The notes under the pieces: model-generated
The model's input: only the letters and a program-made list of their open reading frames with translations
What the model was told of the DNA's origin: nothing
Databases searched by the model: none
Shown here: piece by piece, positions 27,301-39,900 of the stretch
Position numbering within the stretch: the stretch's first letter is position 1
How the letters are laid out: each line of letters opens with the position of its first letter
Program-made: the position numbers and the translations under genes
Assembly (NCBI GenBank): GCA_028826165.1
Contig: JAPDFW010000074.1
Span: 361,535 to 425,534 of the forward strand
DNA from: Anaeramoeba ignava BMAN
Lineage: Eukaryota; Protista; Anaeramoebae
Length of the DNA stretch: 64,000 nucleotides
Direction of reading: 5' to 3'

Positions 27301-30300
27301 AAAAGCACAAATATCAAAATTAAACATTTAGTAGAACAAGTATTACAAGTTCTTGAAACACATCCATCATTTTCAATTCGAAAAATTCAAAAATTCTTAA
27401 AACAAAATGTGAAAATTAGAAATATTTTAAATGTTGAATATAATCAATTAAATAATAATTCTATTATTAAAGGTCAAAAAATGGAACAAGAAATGAAAAT
27501 GAATAATGAAAAATTTTCCAAAGAAATTCAAATAAATATCACAAAAATTGAACAAGAATATGAAAAAAGTAATTTATCATCAAAATCAATAAATTTAGAA
27601 AATGATTTAAGAAGGAAATTTAAGAACAGAATTGATAATAGGTTTAATCATTTCATAAATTTATTGGAAAAAAGAGCTTATATTGAAAAAAGAAGTGGAT
27701 TGAAATGGGATCAGATTATTAAAGATATGACTCATGAAAGAGGAGTTTGGTTTCAATCAACAAAATTAGTTTTATATTGTTCAATGTGTATTGAATCACC
27801 TGAAAGAAAGAGAATAAGATTGAAGAAAGTGTTTATTCCTGATGAACAAATTCGGGAAAATTTACCAAAATTTAATTCACCTGATATTTACAAAAGAAAA
27901 CAAAATATTGAAGAGAATAATAACAATAACAATAACAATAATATTGAAATTGAAAGTGAAAATGAAAATGAAAATGAAAATTTGGAACATTTTTATTCAG
28001 ATGAATCAATAAGAGCAAAATTGAAAATTAAAGTTCAACCTAAAAAAATGCTTAATTTAATAAATGATATTAACTTTGTTCAAAAATCACAAAAAAACAA
28101 ATTTATTCAAGTTTTAGTGAAAATTTCTTTTGTTAGTAAGGAAAATGGAAATGAATGGAAAGAAGAAAATTCAAATGAAGAAAATGATCAAAATAAAATT
28201 GCTATAAGAAATAAGAAGAATATGAAAAAAAATACAAAAGAACAAAGTTCAAAACCATATAAATCATTATTAAAATTAATTACAAAGGAAATATCAATAG
28301 CAAATACAAAATTTTCAAATGTTTATGTTCAAAAATTATTTGCACCATTTATTAATACATTAGGATGTATTTCATACAAAGAAAAGAATGTAATTTCAAA
28401 TGAATGCAATTTGATAACATTTTATTTAGTGATAAGATCGAAAATTATAATAACTGAGAATTGTATTCATTTGGTTTTATTGAAGTATACTGGTGATAGT
28501 AATTTATTTTCATTCAAATTATTTTCACAAACGATAAATGATTATTATAAAATCAAATACAATGAGATTAAATACATTTTGAAAAGAAGATATTTAGCAC
28601 AAGATTATGCATTTGAAATATTTTTTACAAATGGAGTAACATTATTATTCTCATTCAGTTCATTAGATGAAAGAGATCAAATTATAAAAGAAATTTTAAA
28701 TCATAAACTTGAAAATTTTATTGATTATGAAAATGAAACCACATTGAAAGCATTGAGTAAATTATGGAGAAATGGAGATATAACAAATTTTGCATATTTA
28801 ATGCATTTAAACACACTTTCAGGAAGATCATATCATGATATTGGACAATATCCAATTTTTCCATTTATTATTTCAGATTATCAATCCAAAAAAATTGATC
28901 CAAACAATATTAATCAATTCCGAGATATTTCCAAACCAATGGGAGCATTAGATTCCAAAAGAGCACAAAGATTCATTTCAAAATACAATGATCTTAAAGA
29001 ATCAGGATCAGATCCTTATCATTATGGAACACACTATTCAAATTCAAGTGGAGTTATTTTATATTTAATAAGACTTGAACCTTATTCATCTTTAATGATA
29101 AATTTACAATCAGGGAAATTTGATCTTCCTGATAGATTATTTGACAATATTGGTTCAATTTGGAGAATGTATTCTTCAAATGCAGAAAGAGGAATCAAAG
29201 AGTTAATTCCAGAATTTTTCTATTTACCTGAAATGTTTTTGAATATCAATGGATTTGATTTTGGAAAAAAAATTATTACAGCAACAAGAGTTAATAATGT
29301 TGTTTTACCAGAATGGAGTCATAATAATGCAAGATATTTTACAAGAAAACATATTGAATTATTTGAATCAAAATATGTTTCTTCAAATATTAATAATTGG
29401 ATTGATTTGGTTTTTGGATATAAACAAAAGGGTTCTCCTGCTATTGAATCAATTAATGTTTTCCATCCTTATACTTATTATGAAAATGTGAATTTGGATT
29501 CAATTAAAGATCCTGTTGAAAAAGAATGTATTATTAAAATGACCAAAAATTTTGGACAAATGCCAAAACAATTATTTAAAACAAAACATCAATTAAAAAA
29601 GAAAATAAAATTATCAACTCAATTCATTAATGAAAATGAAAATGAAAATGAAAATGAAAATGATTTAATTGAAATTCAAGATGGAAATTTAAGATTAAAC
29701 AGTTTTTTCCAAAAAATTATTCCAACCAAAATGAAAAAAATTGGAGAAAGGAATCTATAAAATATTATACATTGGGAATCGAATAGAAACATTTAAAAAG
29801 CATCAAACATTTATATTTTCTGATCAAAATATGAGTGTTTTATGGAAAACATGGGATCAAACATTAAATTTCACTTCATTTGATGGGAATCGAAACTATT
29901 CCAAAAACATACCATTTGATGAAGTTATTAAATGTTGTCATTGCACAAAAGATGGGAAATATTTAATATTAGGAGGAAGTAAATGTTTAATAACAATTTG
30001 GAAAATTTCAACTGAAAATGGGAAGTTAAAAAGATTGAAAATGAAGAAGACATTATATGGACACACTGATTCAATTTTATCAATTGATTCATCTTGTGAA
30101 CACAGAATAATTGTAACAGGTTCAGCAGATGGAACAGCAATTATTTGGGATTTAAATGATTTCACTTGTTGTTATTCTTTGAATAACAATAACAATTATA
30201 ATAATTCAAAAGTTAATATTGTTTGTATTGATTCGATTAATGGAGATATTTTGACTTTTAATTTAAGTTCTTCCAAAAAAATTCCAAATTCTCTTAATTT

Positions 30301-30616
30301 ATGGTCAATTAATGGAGTTTTAATCAAGAAAATTTTATTACCTCAAAATGAAATTGTTACTTCTGCAATTTTTTCATCAGGAATTTCTGGAATTTATCAT
30401 AATGTTATTTTCACTGGAATGAAATCTGGTTCAATTGAAATTTGGGATTCTTTAGATTTAACTCATATTTCTTCAATTACAACATTTGATTCAAAATATC
30501 CAATAACTGCTTTATTAATGAGTTTTGATCAAAAAACTCTTTATTCTGGAAACAAAAATGGAGATTTAATTGAATATTCTTTAAAAAATAATTCTAATTC
30601 TTTTCTTTTGATTTAA
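21400..30616 (+). CDS. BEACH-domain protein (helical region, ConA-like, PH-BEACH, BEACH, WD40), LYST/NBEA/LRBA family
   Basis: WRNGDITNFAYLMHLNTLSGRSYHDIGQYPIFP, YHYGTHYS, GKFDLPDRLF, KELIPEFFYLPE, WIDLVFGYKQKG, FGQMPKQLF. A WD40 ORF (29741-30616) follows after one frameshift near an A run. Confidence 0.92.
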
Positions 30617-30620
30617 TTTT

Positions 30621-33431
30621 TTAATTTTTTCTAAAAGTTTTTAAAGGATCTTTTTTTCTAATCTAATTAAATAAAAAATAATAAAAAGAATAAGAAATAA
30701 ATTTAAATTATAAAATTTATAAAATTTAAAATACCTTTTTGTTATTTCTTTTTGGAAAATTAAATTTCTTATTCTTTTTGTTTTTATGAAAATTTTGAGA
30801 ATTAATTTTTGATTTTTCTTTTTCAGATCCTGTTAATAAATAATCAGGAACATTTTTCAAATGAGGTTTAATATGCTGAGGTTGTAAATGTAAATCATGT
30901 TTAAGAGCAACTAAATCATTAGGATGCTCTTCAAAATGAGTTTTTAATTTTGAAGAGTTTATAATTTCAACTTGTAATTCTTTCAATCTTGCTTTTTTTA
31001 TTGAATTTTTAGAGATTGTTTTGAGAACATCTTCACATCTATATTTAAAAGGAGAAACTTTTTCTTGAGGAAAAGGAACCAAATCAAAAATATTTGATGA
31101 TTGTTTTTTTTGTTGAATTTTTGATTCGAAAAAATTTTTGATTTGGAAAAATAATGATTCATTTTTGGATGTTATAAATGATATTGCAGTTCCTCTTTGT
31201 CCAGCTCTTGCTGTTCTTCCAATTCTATGGATATAATCCTTGATATTTAATGGGAAATCAAAATTTATAACTGTTTTAACATTTTTAAAATCTATTCCTC
31301 TTGAAACTCCAAATTCAGAATCTATATTGAGTTTTGATTTTTGATTTTGATTTTCTAAATTTAAATAATTTTCATAAATTGTATCAATTTTAGATAAACT
31401 ATTTTCATTTTCATTTTCATTTTCATTTTCATTTTCATTTTCATTTTTAATTTTAATTTCTTCATCAATATTAATTGCTTCAATTTTCTTATTTGAAATT
31501 TCTGTATCATTTGCAATTAAAATTTCAAAACTTCCTTTATTAAAATTTTCCAAAATATTTGTTCTTGAATTTTGAGGAAGTTCTGGATTAAGAACAACAG
31601 AAGATATTGAGAATCTTTCAAGAAATAATTTCAGTTTAAAAGAATGATCAATACTATTTGTGAAAATTAAAGCTTTTCTTTGAATTTGATTTAATCTAAT
31701 AAGAACATAAATGAGTAAATATTTATCTTTTTCTTCACATTTAATTCCAAGTTGATTCATAAATGATTTAATATTTGTTTCATTAACTGAACAAATTATC
31801 TTTTTAAAAGAAAACAAATTTAAAAAATTTATTAAAAATTTTTTTGAATTAATTTTTTTACAGGATCATGTAATAATAATTGTTTTAATGTTTCAACATC
31901 TTGTGTTAAAGTTGCTGAAACTAAAAAATTTTGGCAAATATTTGGAATATTATCAACAATAAATCTTATATCTTCTGAATAACCAAATGAAAGAACAAGA
32001 TCTGCTTCATCAATTACTAAAATTTTTAAAGAATTTTTTAAATCAATAATATTTGCTTTTAAATGAGCAACTAAACGATTTGGAGTTGAAATGATAATAT
32101 CAGGTTTTTGAGCAATTAAACGAATTCTTTTTTTTAATTTTAATTTTAATTTTATAAATGAATTTTAATTTTAATTTTATAAATAAATTTTAATTTTGAT
32201 TTTATAAATGAATTTTAATTTTAATTTTAATTTTAATTTTAATTTTAATTTTAATTTTAATTTTAATTTTAATTTTAATTTTAATTTTAATTTTAATTTT
32301 AATTTTAATTTTAATTTTAATTTTAATTTTAATTTTAATTTTAATTTTAATTTTAATTTTAATTTTAATTTTAATTTTAATTTTAATTTTATAAATGAAT
32401 TTTAATTTTAATTTTATAAATGAATTTTAATTTTAATTTTAATTTTAATTTTAATTTTAATTTTAATTTTAATTTTAATTTTAATTTTAATTTTAATTTT
32501 AATTTTAAATTTTAATTTTAATTTTAATTTTATTTATATTGAATTTTAATTTTAATTTTTAATTTTAATTTTAATTTTTTAATTTTAATTTTAATTTTAA
32601 TTTTAATTTTAATTTTAATTTTATTAATTTTAATTTTAATTTTAATTTTAATTTTAATTTTAATTTTATAAATGAATTTTAATTTTAATTTTAATTTTAA
32701 TTTTAATTTTAATTTTAATTTTAATTTTAATTTTAATTTTAATTTTAATTTTAATTTTAATTTTAATTTTAATTTTAATTTTAATTTTAATTTTAATTTT
32801 AATTTTAATTTTAATTTTAATTTTAATTTTAATTTTAATTTTAATTTTAATTTTAATTTTAATTTTAATTTTAATTTTTAATTTTAATTTTAATTTTAAT
32901 TTTAATTTTAATTTTAATTTTAATTTTAATTTTAATTTTAATTTTATTTTTAATTTGAATTTTAATTTATAAATGAATTTTAATTTTAATTTTAATTTTA
33001 ATTTAAAATAAAATATACCGTTGAGTTTCAAGTGAAACATCTGCAGCTAAATGTAAAGAAGATAAAACTTTACGACAATAATAAGATAATTCAGCAATTT
33101 GTTTATTTACTTGTTCACAAAGTTCTCTAGTTGGAACAAGAATAACAGAAAAAGGATGAAAAATATTTTCTTTAATTTTTGAAGTTTGAAAATTTTCATT
33201 TCTTTTTTGATAAGTTAAAATTTGATTAATAATTGGTAATAAATATGAAGCTGTTTTTCCTGAACCTGTTGGTGCTTGAATTAATATATCTTTTCCTTCT
33301 AATCCTATTGGTATTACTTTTTTTTGTATTTTTGTTGGTTTTTCAAAATTAAGTCTTTCACATGATGATATTAATCTATCATCTAAATTAAATTCTTGAA
33401 AACTTTTAATTTCATTTTTTTTCTTATTCAT
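30621..33431 (-). CDS. DDX56: DEAD-box RNA helicase DDX56/Dbp9; introns at 32127-33018, 31800-31861 and 30663-30734
   Basis: [65 protein letters not shown]-terminal KKDPLKTF. Confidence 0.9.
32127..33018 (-). repeat. 892-nt intron of (AAAATT)n with interspersed CATTTAT variants
   Basis: GT at 33018 and AAAAG at 32127. Splicing joins [13 protein letters not shown]. Confidence 0.85.
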
Positions 33432-33502
33432 TTTTAATTTAAAAAAAAATAAAAAAATAAAAAAAATTTTTTTCATTTTTTTTCTTTTTATTTTTAATAA
33501 AA

Positions 33503-35155
33503 ATGGAAAATTATTTAAATTTAGAAAAACTTTCAAATGATTTAAAAAATTTATTTCAAAATCAAAATCAAAATGAAGATCAAGAAGAAAGTTATTTTGA
33601 TTTTGAAATAATTTGTGAAGAAAATAAAACTTCATTTAAAACTCATAAATCAATTCTTTCTTCAAGAAGTCATTATTTTAAATCTCTTTTTAAATCTAAA
33701 ATGAAAGAATTTCAAGAAAATAAAATGATTTTAAAAGATGTTTCAAGTTCAATTTTATCTTCAATCTTAAATTATCTTTATTCAGGAAAAATTGAAATTA
33801 ATTTAGAAAATGCAATTCAAATTTTAATTTTTTCATCAAAATATTTAATTGATGAATTAATTGAAACTTCTTCAAAATTTATCAAAAAGAATTTTCAAAT
33901 TGAAACTGTTATTGATATTCTTAAATTATCTGAATCAATGAACCTAAGTGAATTATTGGATTTTTCTTATCAATTTATTTCTGAAAATTTTAGAAAATTT
34001 ATCCAAACTTCATTTTTTCTTGAACTTGAAGAAAATCATTTAAATTCACTTTTATCAAATGATTATATTCAAATAAATGAATTTGAAATTTTTCAATCAA
34101 TAATAAAATGGGGAAAACATAAATCAAATATTAAAAAAGAAAAATTACAAAATCAAATTTCAAATTTTATTGATAAAATTAGATTTATTGATTTTTCATA
34201 CAAAGAACTTGCAGAAACTTTAGAAGAAGATTTAATTCCAAATGAACTTTCACAAAAATTAACAAAACTTCTAATATTAAAAATTCAAGAAAATGAAGAA
34301 AAATTAAAACAATTTATTCAAAAAGAAAATTCATTAAATTTCAAAACAAGATTTGAAATGAAATTTAAATCAATAATTATTCAAGAAAAACAACATTTCC
34401 AGAAATTAAGAGAATGGATAAATGATGATGAATTCTTTTCCAAAATGAAATTAGGATATTCAGCAAAACAAGATGGATTTTCTTCTAATAACTGGCATTT
34501 AAAATGTGATAATAAAGGAAAAACATTAATTATTATCAAAACCAAAGATAACTTTATTTTTGGAGGATTTACATCAGTTGGATTTATAAATGAAAAATTA
34601 AAACAAAATCAAAACCAAAACCAAAATCAAAATCCATTCAATCAAAATCCATTTAACCAAAATCAAAACCCTTTTAACCAAAATCAAAACTCTTTTAATC
34701 AAAATCAATTTGGTCAAAATCCATTTAATCAAAATACATTTAATCAAAATCAAAATCCATTTAATCCAAATCCATTTAATCCAAATCCATTTAATCAGAA
34801 TCCATTTGAAGAAAAAGTTATTGAATATATTCCAGATTCAAAAGCATTTCTTTTTTCATTAAGAAATGATCAAAATAATCGAAAACCAGAAAAATTATCT
34901 ATTATTGAAGGTAAAGAAAAATATGCTATTGATAACAATTCAATTGATCGTTTAGCTTTTGGAAAAAATTCTAATTCATTTGGTGGAAGTTATGATTTAA
35001 GTTTAAACTCTAATTTAAAAACTGGTTATTCAAATTTAGGTTATATTTACAATCTTCCTATTGAAATGCAAATAAAAAAAGAAAATTCACAAAATTATTT
35101 AGCTGGTTCTTATAATTCATGGAAAATTCAAGAAATTGAAACTTATTTCATTTAA
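33503..35155 (+). CDS. BTB-BACK-TLDc protein with an NPF-repeat insert (paralogue 1)
   Basis: BTB: DFEI...FKTHKSILSSRSHYF...YLYSGKI. BACK: EFEIFQSIIKW...IRF. TLDc: YSAKQDGFSS..WHLKCDNKGKTL...IFGGFT...AFLFSL...EIETY. Confidence 0.9.
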   Translation: MENYLNLEKLSNDLKNLFQNQNQNEDQEESYFDFEIICEENKTSFKTHKSILSSRSHYFKSLFKSKMKEFQENKMILKDVSSSILSSILNYLYSGKIEINLENAIQILIFSSKYLIDELIETSSKFIKKNFQIETVIDILKLSESMNLSELLDFSYQFISENFRKFIQTSFFLELEENHLNSLLSNDYIQINEFEIFQSIIKWGKHKSNIKKEKLQNQISNFIDKIRFIDFSYKELAETLEEDLIPNELSQKLTKLLILKIQENEEKLKQFIQKENSLNFKTRFEMKFKSIIIQEKQHFQKLREWINDDEFFSKMKLGYSAKQDGFSSNNWHLKCDNKGKTLIIIKTKDNFIFGGFTSVGFINEKLKQNQNQNQNQNPFNQNPFNQNQNPFNQNQNSFNQNQFGQNPFNQNTFNQNQNPFNPNPFNPNPFNQNPFEEKVIEYIPDSKAFLFSLRNDQNNRKPEKLSIIEGKEKYAIDNNSIDRLAFGKNSNSFGGSYDLSLNSNLKTGYSNLGYIYNLPIEMQIKKENSQNYLAGSYNSWKIQEIETYFI

Positions 35156-35400
35156 AATTCTTATTTTTTTTCATTTTAATTTTAATTCCTTTCCAACAAT
35201 TTTAATAAAAAAAACAAAATCAAAATTAAAATCAAAATTAAATTCAAAATCAAAATCAAAATTAAAATCAAAATCAAAATCAAAATCAAAATCAAAATCA
35301 AAATCAAAATCAAAATCAAAATCAAAATTAAAATCAAAATTAAAATCAAAATTAAAATCAAAATTAAAATCAAAATTTTTATTCAAATTTAAACCCTTTT

Positions 35401-36460
35401 TCTTTTTGTAAATATAAAAAATGAGAATAGATTTAATTTAATATTTAATTTATAAATTAATTTAAAAATATAATTTAATATTTAATTTTATGTTTAAAAT
35501 AATAATTTAATGTTTTAGATTTAAATATTTTATTATTTAAATATTTAACATAAAAATATAAAAAATAAGAATAGATTTAATTTAATATTTAATTTATAAA
35601 TTAATTTAAAAATATAATTTAATATTTAATTTTATTATTAAAATAATAATTTAATGTTTTAGATTTAAATATTTTATTATTTAAATATTTAACATAAAAA
35701 TATAAAAATAAGAATAGATTTAATTTAATATTTAATTTATAAATTGATTTAGAAATATAATTTAATATTTAATTTTATTATTAAAATAATAATTTAATGT
35801 TTTAGATTTAAATATTTTATTATTTAAATATTTAACATAAAAATATAAAAAAATAGAATAGATTTAATTTAATATTTAATTTATAAATTAATTTAAAAAT
35901 ATAATTTAATATTTAATTTTATTATTAAAAATAATAATTTATTGTTTTAGATTTAAATATTTTATTATTTAAATATTTAACATAAAAATATAAAAATAAG
36001 AATAGATTTAATTTAATATTTAATTTATAAATTAATTTAAAAATATAATTTAATATTTAATTCCAATATCAAAAATAATAATTTAATGTTTTAGATTTAA
36101 ATATTTTATTATTTAAAATATTTAACATATAAATATAAAAATGAGAATAGATTTAATTTAATATTTAATTTATAAATTAATTTAAAAATATAATTTAATA
36201 TTTAATTTTATTATTAAAATAATAATTTAATGTTTTAGATTTAAATATTTTATTATTTAAATATTAAACATATAAATATAAAAAATGAGAATAGATTTAA
36301 TTTAATATTTAATTTATAAATTAATTTAAAAATATAATTTAATATTTAATTTTATGTTTAAAATAATAATTTAATGTTTTAGATTTAAATATTTTATTAT
36401 TTAAATATTAAACATATAAATATAAAAAATAAGAATAGATTTAATTTAATATTTAATTTA
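35401..36460. repeat. ~144-bp AT-rich satellite array (7 full copies and a partial copy)
   Basis: The GAATAG anchor recurs at 35425, 35569, 35712, 35856, 36000, 36145, 36289 and 36433. Confidence 0.92.
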
Positions 36461-36931
36461 GAAATTTGAAGGAAATTCAAAAAGAAAAAGAAAACAAAAT
36501 TCTTTAATTAATTTTTTTTATTGATCAAAAAAGAAAAAAGAAAATGAGTCATTTTGTGAAATTTGTTTCTCATTTTTCTTTAAATAAAGATTTTAAATAA
36601 AAATTTAAATTTATTTTTTTTGCTTTTTCAATTCATTTTTCTTTTCTTCTTTTTTTATTTTTTGATTTGAGAAAATAATTTAATTTAAAAAAGTAAGTTA
36701 AAAGAGAATTGGATTAATTTATTATTTTTTTTTAACAAGTTCTTCTTTTCTTTTCTTTTCTTTTATTTTGAAATTTAGCAAACTTAAAAAAAAAAAAGTA
36801 AGATAAAAAAAGTAAGATAAAAAAAAGCAAAATTCTTTTTTTATTTTAAATAAACCAAGCAAATAAATAAATTAATTTTCTTTTTTATTCTTTATTTTTT
36901 ATTTTTTTGAAACAAACAAAAAAAAGGCAAA

Positions 36932-39900
36932 ATGAAAGCAATTCTTCTTAGTTTCTTTTTATTAAATCTCTTGATTTCCATTGGATCAAATCAGAATCAA
37001 GAAACAGTATCATTATCAACACCACAATCAAGATATTTTTCTTCTGGAGATGAAGGTTATATTTGGAAGTTAATTGACACTCTTTATGGAACCGGTATTT
37101 TTGGATGGGGAATTTCAATTTATGGAGATATTTTAGCAATTTCTGAGAGAATGATGGAAGAGATCTATGTTTACAAATTTAATGGAACAAATTTTGAAAA
37201 TATACAGAATATTACTGAGCCTCCAGGTACAATGGTAGGAAATTTGCTTTCAATTTATGAAGATATACTTGTTGTTGGTTCTGATGGTACAGATGAAGTA
37301 TTTATTTACAGAAACAACGATTCATATTTTGAAAGTATACAGAATATTAGTGGACCTGCTGGTTCATATTTTGGAGCGCGTGTTTCGGTTTATGAAAATG
37401 CTCTTGCTGTTGGAGCATGGGGAATAGATCAAGTATTTATTTACAGAAACAACGATTCATATTTTGAAAATATACAGAATATTACTGGACCTGCTGGTTC
37501 ATATTTTGGATGGACTGTTTATGTTTATGAAAATGTTCTTATTGTTGGAGCATGGGGAATAGATCAAGTATTTATTTACAGATATAATGAATCTATTTGG
37601 AATTTTGAACAAAATTTTACTGGAGCTTCAGGTTCAAGATTTGGATTTTCTGTTTCAGTTTATGAAAATGTTCTTATTGTTGGAACTCGTGATACAGATG
37701 AAGTATTTATTTACAGATATAATGGAACTATTTGGAATCTTGAACAAAATTTTACTGGAGCTAATAATTCAAATTTTGGATATTCTGTTTCAATTTATGA
37801 AGATGTTATTGTTATTGGTGCCTCTTATGCAAATCAAGCATATATTTACAGATATAATGGAAATTTTTGGTATCTGGAAGAATTTTTTAATCAAACTTCA
37901 GCTGTAAGTTTTGGAGAAAGTGTTACAGTTCATGAAAATTTTACAGCTATTATCGATCCTACCTACCCTATAACATATGTCTATCAATGCTATTTTATTC
38001 TACAAGTTAATATTCTTAATTGTTCATCTTTGTTTTCATCATTTGATTGTTATTGGGATAAAATAGAATGTGGATTAACTTTGAAATATCAAATTAATTA
38101 TGGATATGATTGGATTGATATTGATTCTCCAATTCTTGAAGATGGAAATGTTTATTATCAATTATTTAATTCTTCATTTTATGATAATATTACTGGGAAT
38201 GAATATTATCCTATTCAAATTCATGCTTGTGATGTTGAATCATTAATTTGTGGAGAAGCATCTTCATTTTTTAATTTAACAACAAGAATTGATTCTGTAA
38301 AAGATTTCCAATTATTAAATCCAACTTCTTTTTCAATTAATATTACTTGGAATCATCCAAATGTCTCTTTAGATGAAGATATTGCTCATCTTGATCATTA
38401 TAATCTTTCTTATTTCACTCAATGTGATCCTGAATCAGTTTCATCTATTTCAATTGATAATTCATCAACTTCATATCTTTTAGATATTGAATGTGGAAAT
38501 GATTACAATGTTTCAATTTGTGGGTGTAGAACACATGAATGTGAAGGAGAAGATAAAGGAGAAGTTGTTGAATCATCTATTTCAATTCCTTTTCAAGATA
38601 TTGAAGATTTAACATGTTCAATTCAATATGCATTAGATATTAATTGTAGTTGGAATCAACCAATTAATTGTTCAATTCCATCTTATTATAATTTTAGTTA
38701 TCAAGCAATTTCAGAAGATGAATCAGGAAATGAAAATCTAACATCATCAAATCAATATTTCACAAATTATTTGCAAAATCAAGAATATCAAATCAATGTA
38801 TCAGCATGTAATTCAATGAATAAATGCTCTAATATCTCAACAACATCAGCTACAACTGATAATTTAACAACTTCTCCAACAATTTATGAAACAATTTCCA
38901 AAATTGAAGAAATTGAAATAATATTCACAAAAGTAACAGGAGCTTATAATTATTCAATTTCACTTAATAATGGAACAAATTGGCAAAATTTCACATCTCT
39001 TGATTTAGGTGGAAGTGAAGGTATTGGAATAATAAATGAATTATCAGGAAATATTGAATATAATATTTCAGTTAGAGGATGTTCAGATTTAAATTGTAAA
39101 ACTGAATATTTAGGAGAATCAAGTTCAATCATTTCAACAAAAGCTAAATTAGGAAATATTACTTCATTAAGTTGTTCTTCGTTGATTTGTGGATTTGAAT
39201 GTACTTGGGATTCATTAAATTTATCAACAGGATTAAAAGCATATTCATTTAGATACAATTCAACAACAACTTGTTTCCAAGATTTAAGAACAAGTCATTC
39301 AATTTTATCAGGATTAATTCCATCAGCAAATTATGAAATTTCAGTTTACTCATCAGCAACTACAGATTGTTCTTATAATGAATATTCAGGAATTGAAACA
39401 ACAACAATAGTAACAACAGATAATTTACCAGCACCAACAATTAATCAATTAATTTCCAAAATTGAAGAAATTGAAATAATTTTCACAAAAGTAACAGGAG
39501 CTTATAATTATTCAATTTCACTTAATAATGAAACAAATTGGCAAAATTTCACATCTCTTGATTTAAGTGGAAGTGAAGGTATTGGAACAATAAATGAAAT
39601 ATCAGGAAATATTGAATATAATATTTCAGTTAGAGGATGTTCAGATTTAAATTGTAAAACTGAATATTTAGGAGAACCAAGTTCAATTAATTCAACAAAA
39701 GCTAAATTAGGAAATATTACTTCATTAAATTGTTATGGAATATTTAATGGATTTGTTTGTACTTGGGATTCATTAAATTTATCAGATGGATTAAAAGGAT
39801 ATCTATTTAGATACAATTTAATAACAATTTGTTTCCCAGATTTAAGAAATTATTATTCAATTTCAGGAGTAAATGGAGGAGAAATTTATGATATTTCAGT

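Noticed and set aside
21400-29760. Alternative genetic code
   Set aside because: Long ORFs read through under the standard code and end at TAA, TGA or TAG; there is no pattern of in-frame stops at conserved positions.
33250-33280. Further inteins in the P-loops of DDX56 (GSGKT) and ZGRF1 (GSGKS, about 8625)
   Set aside because: Both motifs are contiguous with their normal downstream sequence.
330-35411. ORF-track entries such as poly-IL, poly-KI, poly-NF, poly-DF and KLNYL repeats
   Set aside because: Translations of microsatellites in introns or in wrong frames and strands; not genes.
35401-36460. CRISPR-like repeat-spacer array
   Set aside because: The whole 144-bp unit repeats with no variable spacers, and there are no cas genes.
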